DNA from: Octopus sinensis
Taxonomy: Eukaryota
DNA length: 64,000 nt
Assembly (NCBI RefSeq): GCF_006345805.1
Contig: NC_042999.1
Span: 162,812,001-162,876,000 of the forward strand
Direction: 5' to 3'
Positions 49,650 to 61,800 of this stretch are shown in pieces (position 1 is the first letter of the stretch; the number at the start of each line of letters is the position of its first letter). The notes beneath the pieces are model-generated. The model searched no databases. It saw nothing but the letters and a program-made list of their open reading frames with translations, and had not been told where the DNA came from. The position numbers and the translations under genes were made by a program.

Positions 49650-49889
49650 AGCATTGACAACAAAACATTTGTGGAGTAAATGTTAAAGCTTTGCATGAAT
49701 GACAATTTGAATTTAGCACACCAAATTAGACAGAATTATCATTTTTATAAGAATGTGATGGATCATATCTGAAAGCAGCTCCAGGTGTTGTGAAGAACGA
49801 ATTTGTACATGATCGGTTTCTGAGAGCTATTCTATTGGACCTCTGTGTAATGTGACATGCTAAACATCATTTTAATTGGTCAGCATTAA
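49650..49889 (-). pseudogene. Helitron Rep/helicase N-terminal remnant (AF-x-YDP...CxxC...CC motif), in frame with the repeat array
   Basis: Hand translation: ...RLVAALNADQLK*CLACHITQRSNRIALRNRSCTNSFFTTPGAAFRYDPSHSYKNDNSV*FGVLNSNCHSCKALTFTPQMFCC. Confidence 0.7.
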
Positions 49890-52800
49890 GTGCTGCAACA
49901 AGCCTTTGCTGATCTTGAGAAAGTCTCATCTCCTTTGTCTCTTGGGACTCCATCTGATGTGCTGCAACAAGCCTTTGCTGATCTTGAGAAAGTCTCATCT
50001 CCTTTCTCTCTTGGGACTCCATCTGATGTGCTGCAACAAGCCTTTGCTGATCTTGAGAAAGTCTCATCTCCTTTCTCTCTTGGGACTCCATCTGATGTGC
50101 TGCAACAAGCCTTTGCTGATCTTGAGAAAGTCTCATCTCCCTTCTCTCTTGGGACTCCATCTGATGTGCTGCAACAAGCCTTTGCTGATCTTGAGAAAGT
50201 CTCATCTCCCTTCTCTCTTGGGACTCCATCTGATGTGCTGCAACAAGCCTTTGCTGATCTTGAGAAAGTCTCATCTCCTTCTCTCTTGGACTCCATCTGA
50301 TGTGCTGCAACAAGCCTTTGCTGATCTTGAGAAAGTCTCATCTCCCTTCTCTCTTGGGACTCCATCTGATGTGCTGCAACAAGCCTTTGCTGATCTTGAG
50401 AAAGTCTCATCTCCCTTCTCTCTTGGGACTCCATCTGATGTGCTGCAACAAGCCTTTGCTGATCTTGAGAAAGTCTCATCTCCTTTCTCTCTTGGGACTC
50501 CATCTGATGTGCTGCAACAAGCCTTTGCTGATCTTGAGAAAGTCTCATCTCCCTTCTCTCTTGGGACTCCATCTGATGTGCTGCAACAAGCCTTTGCTGA
50601 TCTTGAGAAAGTCTCATCTCCCTTCTCTCTTGGGACTCCATCTGATGTGCTGCAACAAGCCTTTGCTGATCTTGAGAAAGTCTCATCTCCCTTCTCTCTT
50701 GGGACTCCATCTGATGTGCTGCAACAAGCCTTTGCTGATCTTGAGAAAGTCTCATCTCCTTTCTCTCTTGGGACTCCATCTGATGTGCTGCAACAAGCCT
50801 TTGCTGATCTTGAGAAAGTCTCATCTCCTTTCTCTCTTGGGACTCCATCTGATGTGCTGCAACAAGCCTTTGCTGATCTTGAGAAAGTCTCATCTCCTTT
50901 CCCTCTTGGGACTCCATCTGATGTGCTGCAACAAGCCTTTGCTGATCTTGAGAAAGTCTCATCTCCTTTCTCTCTTGGGACTCCATCTGATGTGCTGCAA
51001 CAAGCCTTTGCTGATCTTGAGAAAGTCTCATCTCCTTTCTCTCTTGGGACTCCATCTGATGTGCTGCAACAAGCCTTTGCTGATCTTGAGAAAGTCTCAT
51101 CTCCTTTCTCTCTTGGGACTCCATCTGATGTGCTGCAACAAGCCTTTGCTGATCTTGAGAAAGTCTCATCTCCTTTCTCTCTTGGGACTCCATCTGATGT
51201 GCTGCAACAAGCCTTTGCTGATCTTGAGAAAGTCTCATCTCCTTTCTCTCTTGGGACTCCATCTGATGTGCTGCAACAAGCCTTTGCTGATCTTGAGAAA
51301 GTCTCATCTCCTTTCTCTCTTGGGACTCCATCTGATGTGCTGCAACAAGCCTTTGCTGATCTTGAGAAAGTCTCATCTCCTTTCTCTCTTGGGACTCCAT
51401 CTGATGTGCTGCAACAAGCCTTTGCTGATCTTGAGAAAGTCTCATCTCCTTTCTCTCTTGGGACTCCATCTGATGTGCTGCAACAAGCCTTTGCTGATCT
51501 TGAGAAAGTCTCATCTCCTTTCTCTCTTGGGACTCCATCTGATGTGCTGCAACAAGCCTTTGCTGATCTTGAGAAAGTCTCATCTCCTTTCTCTCTTGGG
51601 ACTCCATCTGATGTGCTGCAACAAGCCTTTGCTGATCTTGAGAAAGTCTCATCTCCCTTCTCTCTTGGGACTCCATCTGATGTGCTGCAACAAGCCTTTG
51701 CTGATCTTGAGAAAGTCTCATCTCCTTTCTCTCTTGGGACTCCATCTGATGTGCTGCAACAAGCCTTTGCTGATCTTGAGAAAGTCTCATCTCCTTTCTC
51801 TCTTGGGACTCCATCTGATGTGCTGCAACAAGCCTTTGCTGATCTTGAGAAAGTCTCATCTCCTTCTCTCTTGGGACTCCATCTGATGTGCTGCAACAAG
51901 CCTTTGCTGATCTTGAGAAAGTCTCATCTCCTTTCTCTCTTGGGACTCCATCTGATGTGCTGCAACAAGCCTTTGCTGATCTTGAGAAAGTCTCATCTCC
52001 TTTCTCTCTTGGGACTCCATCTGATGTGCTGCAACAAGCCTTTGCTGATCTTGAGAAAGTCTCATCCCTTCTCTCTTGGGACTCCATCTGATGTGCTGCA
52101 ACAAGCCTTTGCTGATCTTGAGAAAGTCTCATCTCCTTCTCTCTTGGGACTCCATCTGATGTGCTGCAACAAGCCTTTGCTGATCTTGAGAAAGTCTCAT
52201 CTCCCTTCTCTCTTGGGACTCCATCTGATGTGCTGCAACAAGCCTTTGCTGATCTTGAGAAAGTCTCATCTCCCTTCTCTCTTGGGACTCCATCTGATGT
52301 GCTGCAACAAGCCTTTGCTGATCTTGAGAAAGTCTCATCTCCTTTCTCTCTTGGGACTCCATCTGATGTGCTGCAACAAGCCTTTGCTGATCTTGAGAAA
52401 GTCTCATCTCCCTTCTCTCTTGGGACTCCATCTGATGTGCTGCAACAAGCCTTTGCTGATCTTGAGAAAGTCTCATCTCCCTTCTCTCTTGGGACTCCAT
52501 CTGATGTGCTGCAACAAGCCTTTGCTGATCTTGAGAAAGTCTCATCTCCCTTCTCTCTTGGGACTCCATCTGATGTGCTGCAACAAGCCTTTGCTGATCT
52601 TGAGAAAGTCTCATCTCCCTTCTCTCTTGGGACTCCATCTGATGTGCTGCAACAAGCCTTTGCTGATCTTGAGAAAGTCTCATCTCCTTTCTCTCTTGGG
52701 ACTCCATCTGATGTGCTGCAACAAGCCTTTGCTGATCTTGAGAAAGTCTCATCTCCTTTCTCTCTTGGGACTCCATCTGATGTGCTGCAACAAGCCTTTG

Positions 52801-55800
52801 CTGATCTTGAGAAAGTCTCATCTCCTTTCTCTCTTGGGACTCCATCTGATGTGCTGCAACAAGCCTTTGCTGATCTTGAGAAAGTCTCATCTCCTTTCTC
52901 TCTTGGGACTCCATCTGATGTGCTGCAACAAGCCTTTGCTGATCTTGAGAAAGTCTCATCTCCCTTCTCTCTTGGGACTCCATCTGATGTGCTGCAACAA
53001 GCCTTTGCTGATCTTGAGAAAGTCTCATCTCCTTTCTCTCTTGGGACTCCATCTGATGTGCTGCAACAAGCCTTTGCTGATCTTGAGAAAGTCTCATCTC
53101 CTTTCTCTCTTGGGACTCCATCTGATGTGCTGCAACAAGCCTTTGCTGATCTTGAGAAAGTCTCATCTCCTTTCTCTCTTGGGACTCCATCTGATGTGCT
53201 GCAACAAGCCTTTGCTGATCTTGAGAAAGTCTCATCTCCTTTCTCTCTTGGGACTCCATCTGATGTGCTGCAACAAGCCTTTGCTGATCTTGAGAAAGTC
53301 TCATCTCCTTTCTCTCTTGGGACTCCATCTGATGTGCTGCAACAAGCCTTTGCTGATCTTGAGAAAGTCTCATCTCCTTTCTCTCTTGGGACTCCATCTG
53401 ATGTGCTGCAACAAGCCTTTGCTGATCTTGAGAAAGTCTCATCTCCTTTCTCTCTTGGGACTCCATCTGATGTGCTGCAACAAGCCTTTGCTGATCTTGA
53501 GAAAGTCTCATCTCCTTCTCTCTTGGGACTCCATCTGATGTGCTGCAACAAGCCTTTGCTGATCTTGAGAAAGTCTCATCTCCCTTCTCTCTTGGGACTC
53601 CATCTGATGTGCTGCAACAAGCCTTTGCTGATCTTGAGAAAGTCTCATCTCCTTTCTCTCTTGGGACTCCATCTGATGTGCTGCAACAAGCCTTTGCTGA
53701 TCTTGAGAAAGTCTCATCTCCCTTCTCTCTTGGGACTCCATCTGATGTGCTGCAACAAGCCTTTGCTGATCTTGAGAAAGTCTCATCTCCCTTCTCTCTT
53801 GGGACTCCATCTGATGTGCTGCAACAAGCCTTTGCTGATCTTGAGAAAGTCTCATCTCCCTTCTCTCTTGGGACTCCATCTGATGTGCTGCAACAAGCCT
53901 TTGCTGATCTTGAGAAAGTCTCATCTCCTTCTCTCTTGGGACTCCATCTGATGTGCTGCAACAAGCCTTTGCTGATCTTGAGAAAGTCTCATCTCCTTTC
54001 TCTCTTGGGACTCCATCTGATGTGCTGCAACAAGCCTTTGCTGATCTTGAGAAAGTCTCATCTCCTTTCTCTCTTGGGACTCCATCTGATGTGCTGCAAC
54101 AAGCCTTTGCTGATCTTGAGAAAGTCTCATCTCCTTTCTCTCTTGGGACTCCATCTGATGTGCTGCAACAAGCCTTTGCTGATCTTGAGAAAGTCTCATC
54201 TCCTTTCTCTCTTGGGACTCCATCTGATGTGCTGCAACAAGCCTTTGCTGATCTTGAGAAAGTCTCATCTCCTTTCTCTCTTGGGACTCCATCTGATGTG
54301 CTGCAACAAGCCTTTGCTGATCTTGAGAAAGTCTCATCTCCTTTCTCTCTTGGGACTCCATCTGATGTGCTGCAACAAGCCTTTGCTGATCTTGAGAAAG
54401 TCTCATCTCCTTTCTCTCTTGGGACTCCATCTGATGTGCTGCAACAAGCCTTTGCTGATCTTGAGAAAGTCTCATCTCCTTTCTCTCTTGGGACTCCATC
54501 TGATGTGCTGCAACAAGCCTTTGCTGATCTTGAGAAAGTCTCATCTCCTTTCTCTCTTGGGACTCCATCTGATGTGCTGCAACAAGCCTTTGCTGATCTT
54601 GAGAAAGTCTCATCTCCTTTCTCTCTTGGGACTCCATCTGATGTGCTGCAACAAGCCTTTGCTGATCTTGAGAAAGTCTCATCTCCTTTCTCTCTTGGGA
54701 CTCCATCTGATGTGCTGCAACAAGCCTTTGCTGATCTTGAGAAAGTCTCATCTCCTTTCTCTCTTGGGACTCCATCTGATGTGCTGCAACAAGCCTTTGC
54801 TGATCTTGAGAAAGTCTCATCTCCCTTCTCTCTTGGGACTCCATCTGATGTGCTGCAACAAGCCTTTGCTGATCTTGAGAAAGTCTCATCTCCTTTCTCT
54901 CTTGGGACTCCATCTGATGTGCTGCAACAAGCCTTTGCTGATCTTGAGAAAGTCTCATCTCCTTTCTCTCTTGGGACTCCATCTGATGTGCTGCAACAAG
55001 CCTTTGCTGATCTTGAGAAAGTCTCATCTCCTTTCTCTCTTGGGACTCCATCTGATGTGCTGCAACAAGCCTTTGCTGATCTTGAGAAAGTCTCATCTCC
55101 TTCTCTCTTGGGACTCCATCTGATGTGCTGCAACAAGCCTTTGCTGATCTTGAGAAAGTCTCATCTCCTTTCTCTCTTGGGACTCCATCTGATGTGCTGC
55201 AACAAGCCTTTGCTGATCTTGAGAAAGTCTCATCTCCTTTCTCTCTTGGGACTCCATCTGATGTGCTGCAACAAGCCTTTGCTGATCTTGAGAAAGTCTC
55301 ATCCCTTCTCTCTTGGGACTCCATCTGATGTGCTGCAACAAGCCTTTGCTGATCTTGAGAAAGTCTCATCTCCTTTCTCTCTTGGGACTCCATCTGATGT
55401 GCTGCAACAAGCCTTTGCTGATCTTGAGAAAGTCTCATCTCCTTCTCTCTTGGGACTCCATCTGATGTGCTGCAACAAGCCTTTGCTGATCTTGAGAAAG
55501 TCTCATCTCCCTTCTCTCTTGGGACTCCATCTGATGTGCTGCAACAAGCCTTTGCTGATCTTGAGAAAGTCTCATCTCCCTTCTCTCTTGGGACTCCATC
55601 TGATGTGCTGCAACAAGCCTTTGCTGATCTTGAGAAAGTCTCATCTCCCTTCTCTCTTGGGACTCCATCTGATGTGCTGCAACAAGCCTTTGCTGATCTT
55701 GAGAAAGTCTCATCTCCTTTCTCTCTTGGGACTCCATCTGATGTGCTGCAACAAGCCTTTGCTGATCTTGAGAAAGTCTCATCTCCTTTCTCTCTTGGGA

Positions 55801-58800
55801 CTCCATCTGATGTGCTGCAACAAGCCTTTGCTGATCTTGAGAAAGTCTCATCTCCTTTCTCTCTTGGGACTCCATCTGATGTGCTGCAACAAGCCTTTGC
55901 TGATCTTGAGAAAGTCTCATCTCCTTTCTCTCTTGGGACTCCATCTGATGTGCTGCAACAAGCCTTTGCTGATCTTGAGAAAGTCTCATCTCCCTTCTCT
56001 CTTGGGACTCCATCTGATGTGCTGCAACAAGCCTTTGCTGATCTTGAGAAAGTCTCATCTCCTTTCTCTCTTGGGACTCCATCTGATGTGCTGCAACAAG
56101 CCTTTGCTGATCTTGAGAAAGTCTCATCTCCTTTCTCTCTTGGGACTCCATCTGATGTGCTGCAACAAGCCTTTGCTGATCTTGAGAAAGTCTCATCTCC
56201 TTTCTCTCTTGGGACTCCATCTGATGTGCTGCAACAAGCCTTTGCTGATCTTGAGAAAGTCTCATCTCCTTTCTCTCTTGGGACTCCATCTGATGTGCTG
56301 CAACAAGCCTTTGCTGATCTTGAGAAAGTCTCATCTCCTTTCTCTCTTGGGACTCCATCTGATGTGCTGCAACAAGCCTTTGCTGATCTTGAGAAAGTCT
56401 CATCTCCCTTCTCTCTTGGGACTCCATCTGATGTGCTGCAACAAGCCTTTGCTGATCTTGAGAAAGTCTCATCTCCCTTCTCTCTTGGGACTCCATCTGA
56501 TGTGCTGCAACAAGCCTTTGCTGATCTTGAGAAAGTCTCATCTCCTTTCTCTCTTGGGACTCCATCTGATGTGCTGCAACAAGCCTTTGCTGATCTTGAG
56601 AAAGTCTCATCTCCTTTCTCTCTTGGGACTCCATCTGATGTGCTGCAACAAGCCTTTGCTGATCTTGAGAAAGTCTCATCTCCTTTCTCTCTTGGGACTC
56701 CATCTGATGTGCTGCAACAAGCCTTTGCTGATCTTGAGAAAGTCTCATCTCCTTCTCTCTTGGGACTCCATCTGATGTGCTGCAACAAGCCTTTGCTGAT
56801 CTTGAGAAAGTCTCATCTCCTTCTCTCTTGGGACTCCATCTGATGTGCTGCAACAAGCCTTTGCTGATCTTGAGAAAGTCTCATCTCCTTCTCTCTTGGG
56901 ACTCCATCTGATGTGCTGCAACAAGCCTTTGCTGATCTTGAGAAAGTCTCATCTCCTTTCTCTCTTGGGACTCCATCTGATGTGCTGCAACAAGCCTTTG
57001 CTGATCTTGAGAAAGTCTCATCTCCTTTCTCTCTTGGGACTCCATCTGATGTGCTGCAACAAGCCTTTGCTGATCTTGAGAAAGTCTCATCTCCTTTCTC
57101 TCTTGGGACTCCATCTGATGTGCTGCAACAAGCCTTTGCTGATCTTGAGAAAGTCTCATCTCCTTTCTCTCTTGGGACTCCATCTGATGTGCTGCAACAA
57201 GCCTTTGCTGATCTTGAGAAAGTCTCATCTCCTTTCTCTCTTGGGACTCCATCTGATGTGCTGCAACAAGCCTTTGCTGATCTTGAGAAAGTCTCATCTC
57301 CTTTCTCTCTTGGGACTCCATCTGATGTGCTGCAACAAGCCTTTGCTGATCTTGAGAAAGTCTCATCTCCTTTCTCTCTTGGGACTCCATCTGATGTGCT
57401 GCAACAAGCCTTTGCTGATCTTGAGAAAGTCTCATCTCCTTCTCTCTTGGGACTCCATCTGATGTGCTGCAACAAGCCTTTGCTGATCTTGAGAAAGTCT
57501 CATCTCCTTTCTCTCTTGGGACTCCATCTGATGTGCTGCAACAAGCCTTTGCTGATCTTGAGAAAGTCTCATCTCCTTTCTCTCTTGGGACTCCATCTGA
57601 TGTGCTGCAACAAGCCTTTGCTGATCTTGAGAAAGTCTCATCTCCCTTCTCTCTTGGGACTCCATCTGATGTGCTGCAACAAGCCTTTGCTGATCTTGAG
57701 AAAGTCTCATCTCCCTTCTCTCTTGGGACTCCATCTGATGTGCTGCAACAAGCCTTTGCTGATCTTGAGAAAGTCTCATCTCCTTTCTCTCTTGGGACTC
57801 CATCTGATGTGCTGCAACAAGCCTTTGCTGATCTTGAGAAAGTCTCATCTCCTTCTCTCTTGGGACTCCATCTGATGTGCTGCAACAAGCCTTTGCTGAT
57901 CTTGAGAAAGTCTCATCTCCCTTCTCTCTTGGGACTCCATCTGATGTGCTGCAACAAGCCTTTGCTGATCTTGAGAAAGTCTCATCTCCCTTCTCTCTTG
58001 GGACTCCATCTGATGTGCTGCAACAAGCCTTTGCTGATCTTGAGAAAGTCTCATCTCCTTCTCTCTTGGGACTCCATCTGATGTGCTGCAACAAGCCTTT
58101 GCTGATCTTGAGAAAGTCTCATCTCCTTTCTCTCTTGGGACTCCATCTGATGTGCTGCAACAAGCCTTTGCTGATCTTGAGAAAGTCTCATCTCCTTTCT
58201 CTCTTGGGACTCCATCTGATGTGCTGCAACAAGCCTTTGCTGATCTTGAGAAAGTCTCATCTCCTTTCTCTCTTGGGACTCCATCTGATGTGCTGCAACA
58301 AGCCTTTGCTGATCTTGAGAAAGTCTCATCTCCTTTCTCTCTTGGGACTCCATCTGATGTGCTGCAACAAGCCTTTGCTGATCTTGAGAAAGTCTCATCT
58401 CCTTTCTCTCTTGGGACTCCATCTGATGTGCTGCAACAAGCCTTTGCTGATCTTGAGAAAGTCTCATCTCCTTCTCTCTTGGGACTCCATCTGATGTGCT
58501 GCAACAAGCCTTTGCTGATCTTGAGAAAGTCTCATCTCCTTTCTCTCTTGGGACTCCATCTGATGTGCTGCAACAAGCCTTTGCTGATCTTGAGAAAGTC
58601 TCATCTCCTTTCTCTCTTGGGACTCCATCTGATGTGCTGCAACAAGCCTTTGCTGATCTTGAGAAAGTCTCATCTCCTTTCTCTCTTGGGACTCCATCTG
58701 ATGTGCTGCAACAAGCCTTTGCTGATCTTGAGAAAGTCTCATCTCCTTTCTCTCTTGGGACTCCATCTGATGTGCTGCAACAAGCCTTTGCTGATCTTGA

Positions 58801-61800
58801 GAAAGTCTCATCTCCTTTCTCTCTTGGGACTCCATCTGATGTGCTGCAACAAGCCTTTGCTGATCTTGAGAAAGTCTCATCTCCTTTCTCTCTTGGGACT
58901 CCATCTGATGTGCTGCAACAAGCCTTTGCTGATCTTGAGAAAGTCTCATCTCCCTTCTCTCTTGGGACTCCATCTGATGTGCTGCAACAAGCCTTTGCTG
59001 ATCTTGAGAAAGTCTCATCTCCCTTCTCTCTTGGGACTCCATCTGATGTGCTGCAACAAGCCTTTGCTGATCTTGAGAAAGTCTCATCTCCTTTCTCTCT
59101 TGGGACTCCATCTGATGTGCTGCAACAAGCCTTTGCTGATCTTGAGAAAGTCTCATCTCCTTTCTCTCTTGGGACTCCATCTGATGTGCTGCAACAAGCC
59201 TTTGCTGATCTTGAGAAAGTCTCATCTCCTTTCTCTCTTGGGACTCCATCTGATGTGCTGCAACAAGCCTTTGCTGATCTTGAGAAAGTCTCATCTCCTT
59301 CTCTCTTGGGACTCCATCTGATGTGCTGCAACAAGCCTTTGCTGATCTTGAGAAAGTCTCATCTCCCTTCTCTCTTGGGACTCCATCTGATGTGCTGCAA
59401 CAAGCCTTTGCTGATCTTGAGAAAGTCTCATCTCCTTTCTCTCTTGGGACTCCATCTGATGTGCTGCAACAAGCCTTTGCTGATCTTGAGAAAGTCTCAT
59501 CTCCTTTCTCTCTTGGGACTCCATCTGATGTGCTGCAACAAGCCTTTGCTGATCTTGAGAAAGTCTCATCTCCTTCTCTCTTGGGACTCCATCTGATGTG
59601 CTGCAACAAGCCTTTGCTGATCTTGAGAAAGTCTCATCTCCCTTCTCTCTTGGGACTCCATCTGATGTGCTGCAACAAGCCTTTGCTGATCTTGAGAAAG
59701 TCTCATCTCCTTCTCTCTTGGGACTCCATCTGATGTGCTGCAACAAGCCTTTGCTGATCTTGAGAAAGTCTCATCTCCTTTCTCTCTTGGGACTCCATCT
59801 GATGTGCTGCAACAAGCCTTTGCTGATCTTGAGAAAGTCTCATCTCCTTTCTCTCTTGGGACTCCATCTGATGTGCTGCAACAAGCCTTTGCTGATCTTG
59901 AGAAAGTCTCATCTCCTTTCTCTCTTGGGACTCCATCTGATGTGCTGCAACAAGCCTTTGCTGATCTTGAGAAAGTCTCATCTCCTTTCTCTCTTGGGAC
60001 TCCATCTGATGTGCTGCAACAAGCCTTTGCTGATCTTGAGAAAGTCTCATCTCCTTCTCTCTTGGGACTCCATCTGATGTGCTGCAACAAGCCTTTGCTG
60101 ATCTTGAGAAAGTCTCATCTCCCTTCTCTCTTGGGACTCCATCTGATGTGCTGCAACAAGCCTTTGCTGATCTTGAGAAAGTCTCATCTCCTTTCTCTCT
60201 TGGGACTCCATCTGATGTGCTGCAACAAGCCTTTGCTGATCTTGAGAAAGTCTCATCTCCTTCTCTCTTGGGACTCCATCTGATGTGCTGCAACAAGCCT
60301 TTGCTGATCTTGAGAAAGTCTCATCTCCTTTCTCTCTTGGGACTCCATCTGATGTGCTGCAACAAGCCTTTGCTGATCTTGAGAAAGTCTCATCTCCTTT
60401 CTCTCTTGGGACTCCATCTGATGTGCTGCAACAAGCCTTTGCTGATCTTGAGAAAGTCTCATCTCCTTTCTCTCTTGGGACTCCATCTGATGTGCTGCAA
60501 CAAGCCTTTGCTGATCTTGAGAAAGTCTCATCTCCTTTCTCTCTTGGGACTCCATCTGATGTGCTGCAACAAGCCTTTGCTGATCTTGAGAAAGTCTCAT
60601 CTCCTTCTCTCTTGGGACTCCATCTGATGTGCTGCAACAAGCCTTTGCTGATCTTGAGAAAGTCTCATCTCCTTTCTCTCTTGGGACTCCATCTGATGTG
60701 CTGCAACAAGCCTTTGCTGATCTTGAGAAAGTCTCATCTCCTTTCTCTCTTGGGACTCCATCTGATGTGCTGCAACAAGCCTTTGCTGATCTTGAGAAAG
60801 TCTCATCTCCTTTCTCTCTTGGGACTCCATCTGATGTGCTGCAACAAGCCTTTGCTGATCTTGAGAAAGTCTCATCTCCTTTCTCTCTTGGGACTCCATC
60901 TGATGTGCTGCAACAAGCCTTTGCTGATCTTGAGAAAGTCTCATCTCCTTTCTCTCTTGGGACTCCATCTGATGTGCTGCAACAAGCCTTTGCTGATCTT
61001 GAGAAAGTCTCATCTCCTTCTCTCTTGGGACTCCATCTGATGTGCTGCAACAAGCCTTTGCTGATCTTGAGAAAGTCTCATCTCCCTTCTCTCTTGGGAC
61101 TCCATCTGATGTGCTGCAACAAGCCTTTGCTGATCTTGAGAAAGTCTCATCTCCTTTCTCTCTTGGGACTCCATCTGATGTGCTGCAACAAGCCTTTGCT
61201 GATCTTGAGAAAGTCTCATCTCCTTTCTCTCTTGGGACTCCATCTGATGTGCTGCAACAAGCCTTTGCTGATCTTGAGAAAGTCTCATCTCCTTCTCTCT
61301 TGGGACTCCATCTGATGTGCTGCAACAAGCCTTTGCTGATCTTGAGAAAGTCTCATCTCCCTTCTCTCTTGGGACTCCATCTGATGTGCTGCAACAAGCC
61401 TTTGCTGATCTTGAGAAAGTCTCATCTCCCTTCTCTCTTGGGACTCCATCTGATGTGCTGCAACAAGCCTTTGCTGATCTTGAGAAAGTCTCATCTCCTT
61501 TCTCTCTTGGGACTCCATCTGATGTGCTGCAACAAGCCTTTGCTGATCTTGAGAAAGTCTCATCTCCTTTCTCTCTTGGGACTCCATCTGATGTGCTGCA
61601 ACAAGCCTTTGCTGATCTTGAGAAAGTCTCATCTCCTTTCTCTCTTGGGACTCCATCTGATGTGCTGCAACAAGCCTTTGCTGATCTTGAGAAAGTCTCA
61701 TCTCCTTTCTCTCTTGGGACTCCATCTGATGTGCTGCAACAAGCCTTTGCTGATCTTGAGAAAGTCTCATCTCCTTCTCTCTTGGGACTCCATCTGATGT

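Noticed and set aside
49930-50000. Hammerhead ribozyme in the satellite monomer (CTGATGT...GAAAGTC)
   Set aside because: The core is CUGAUGU rather than CUGAUGA, and stems I-III cannot be formed convincingly. Only a 5-bp tgaga/tctca hairpin is present.
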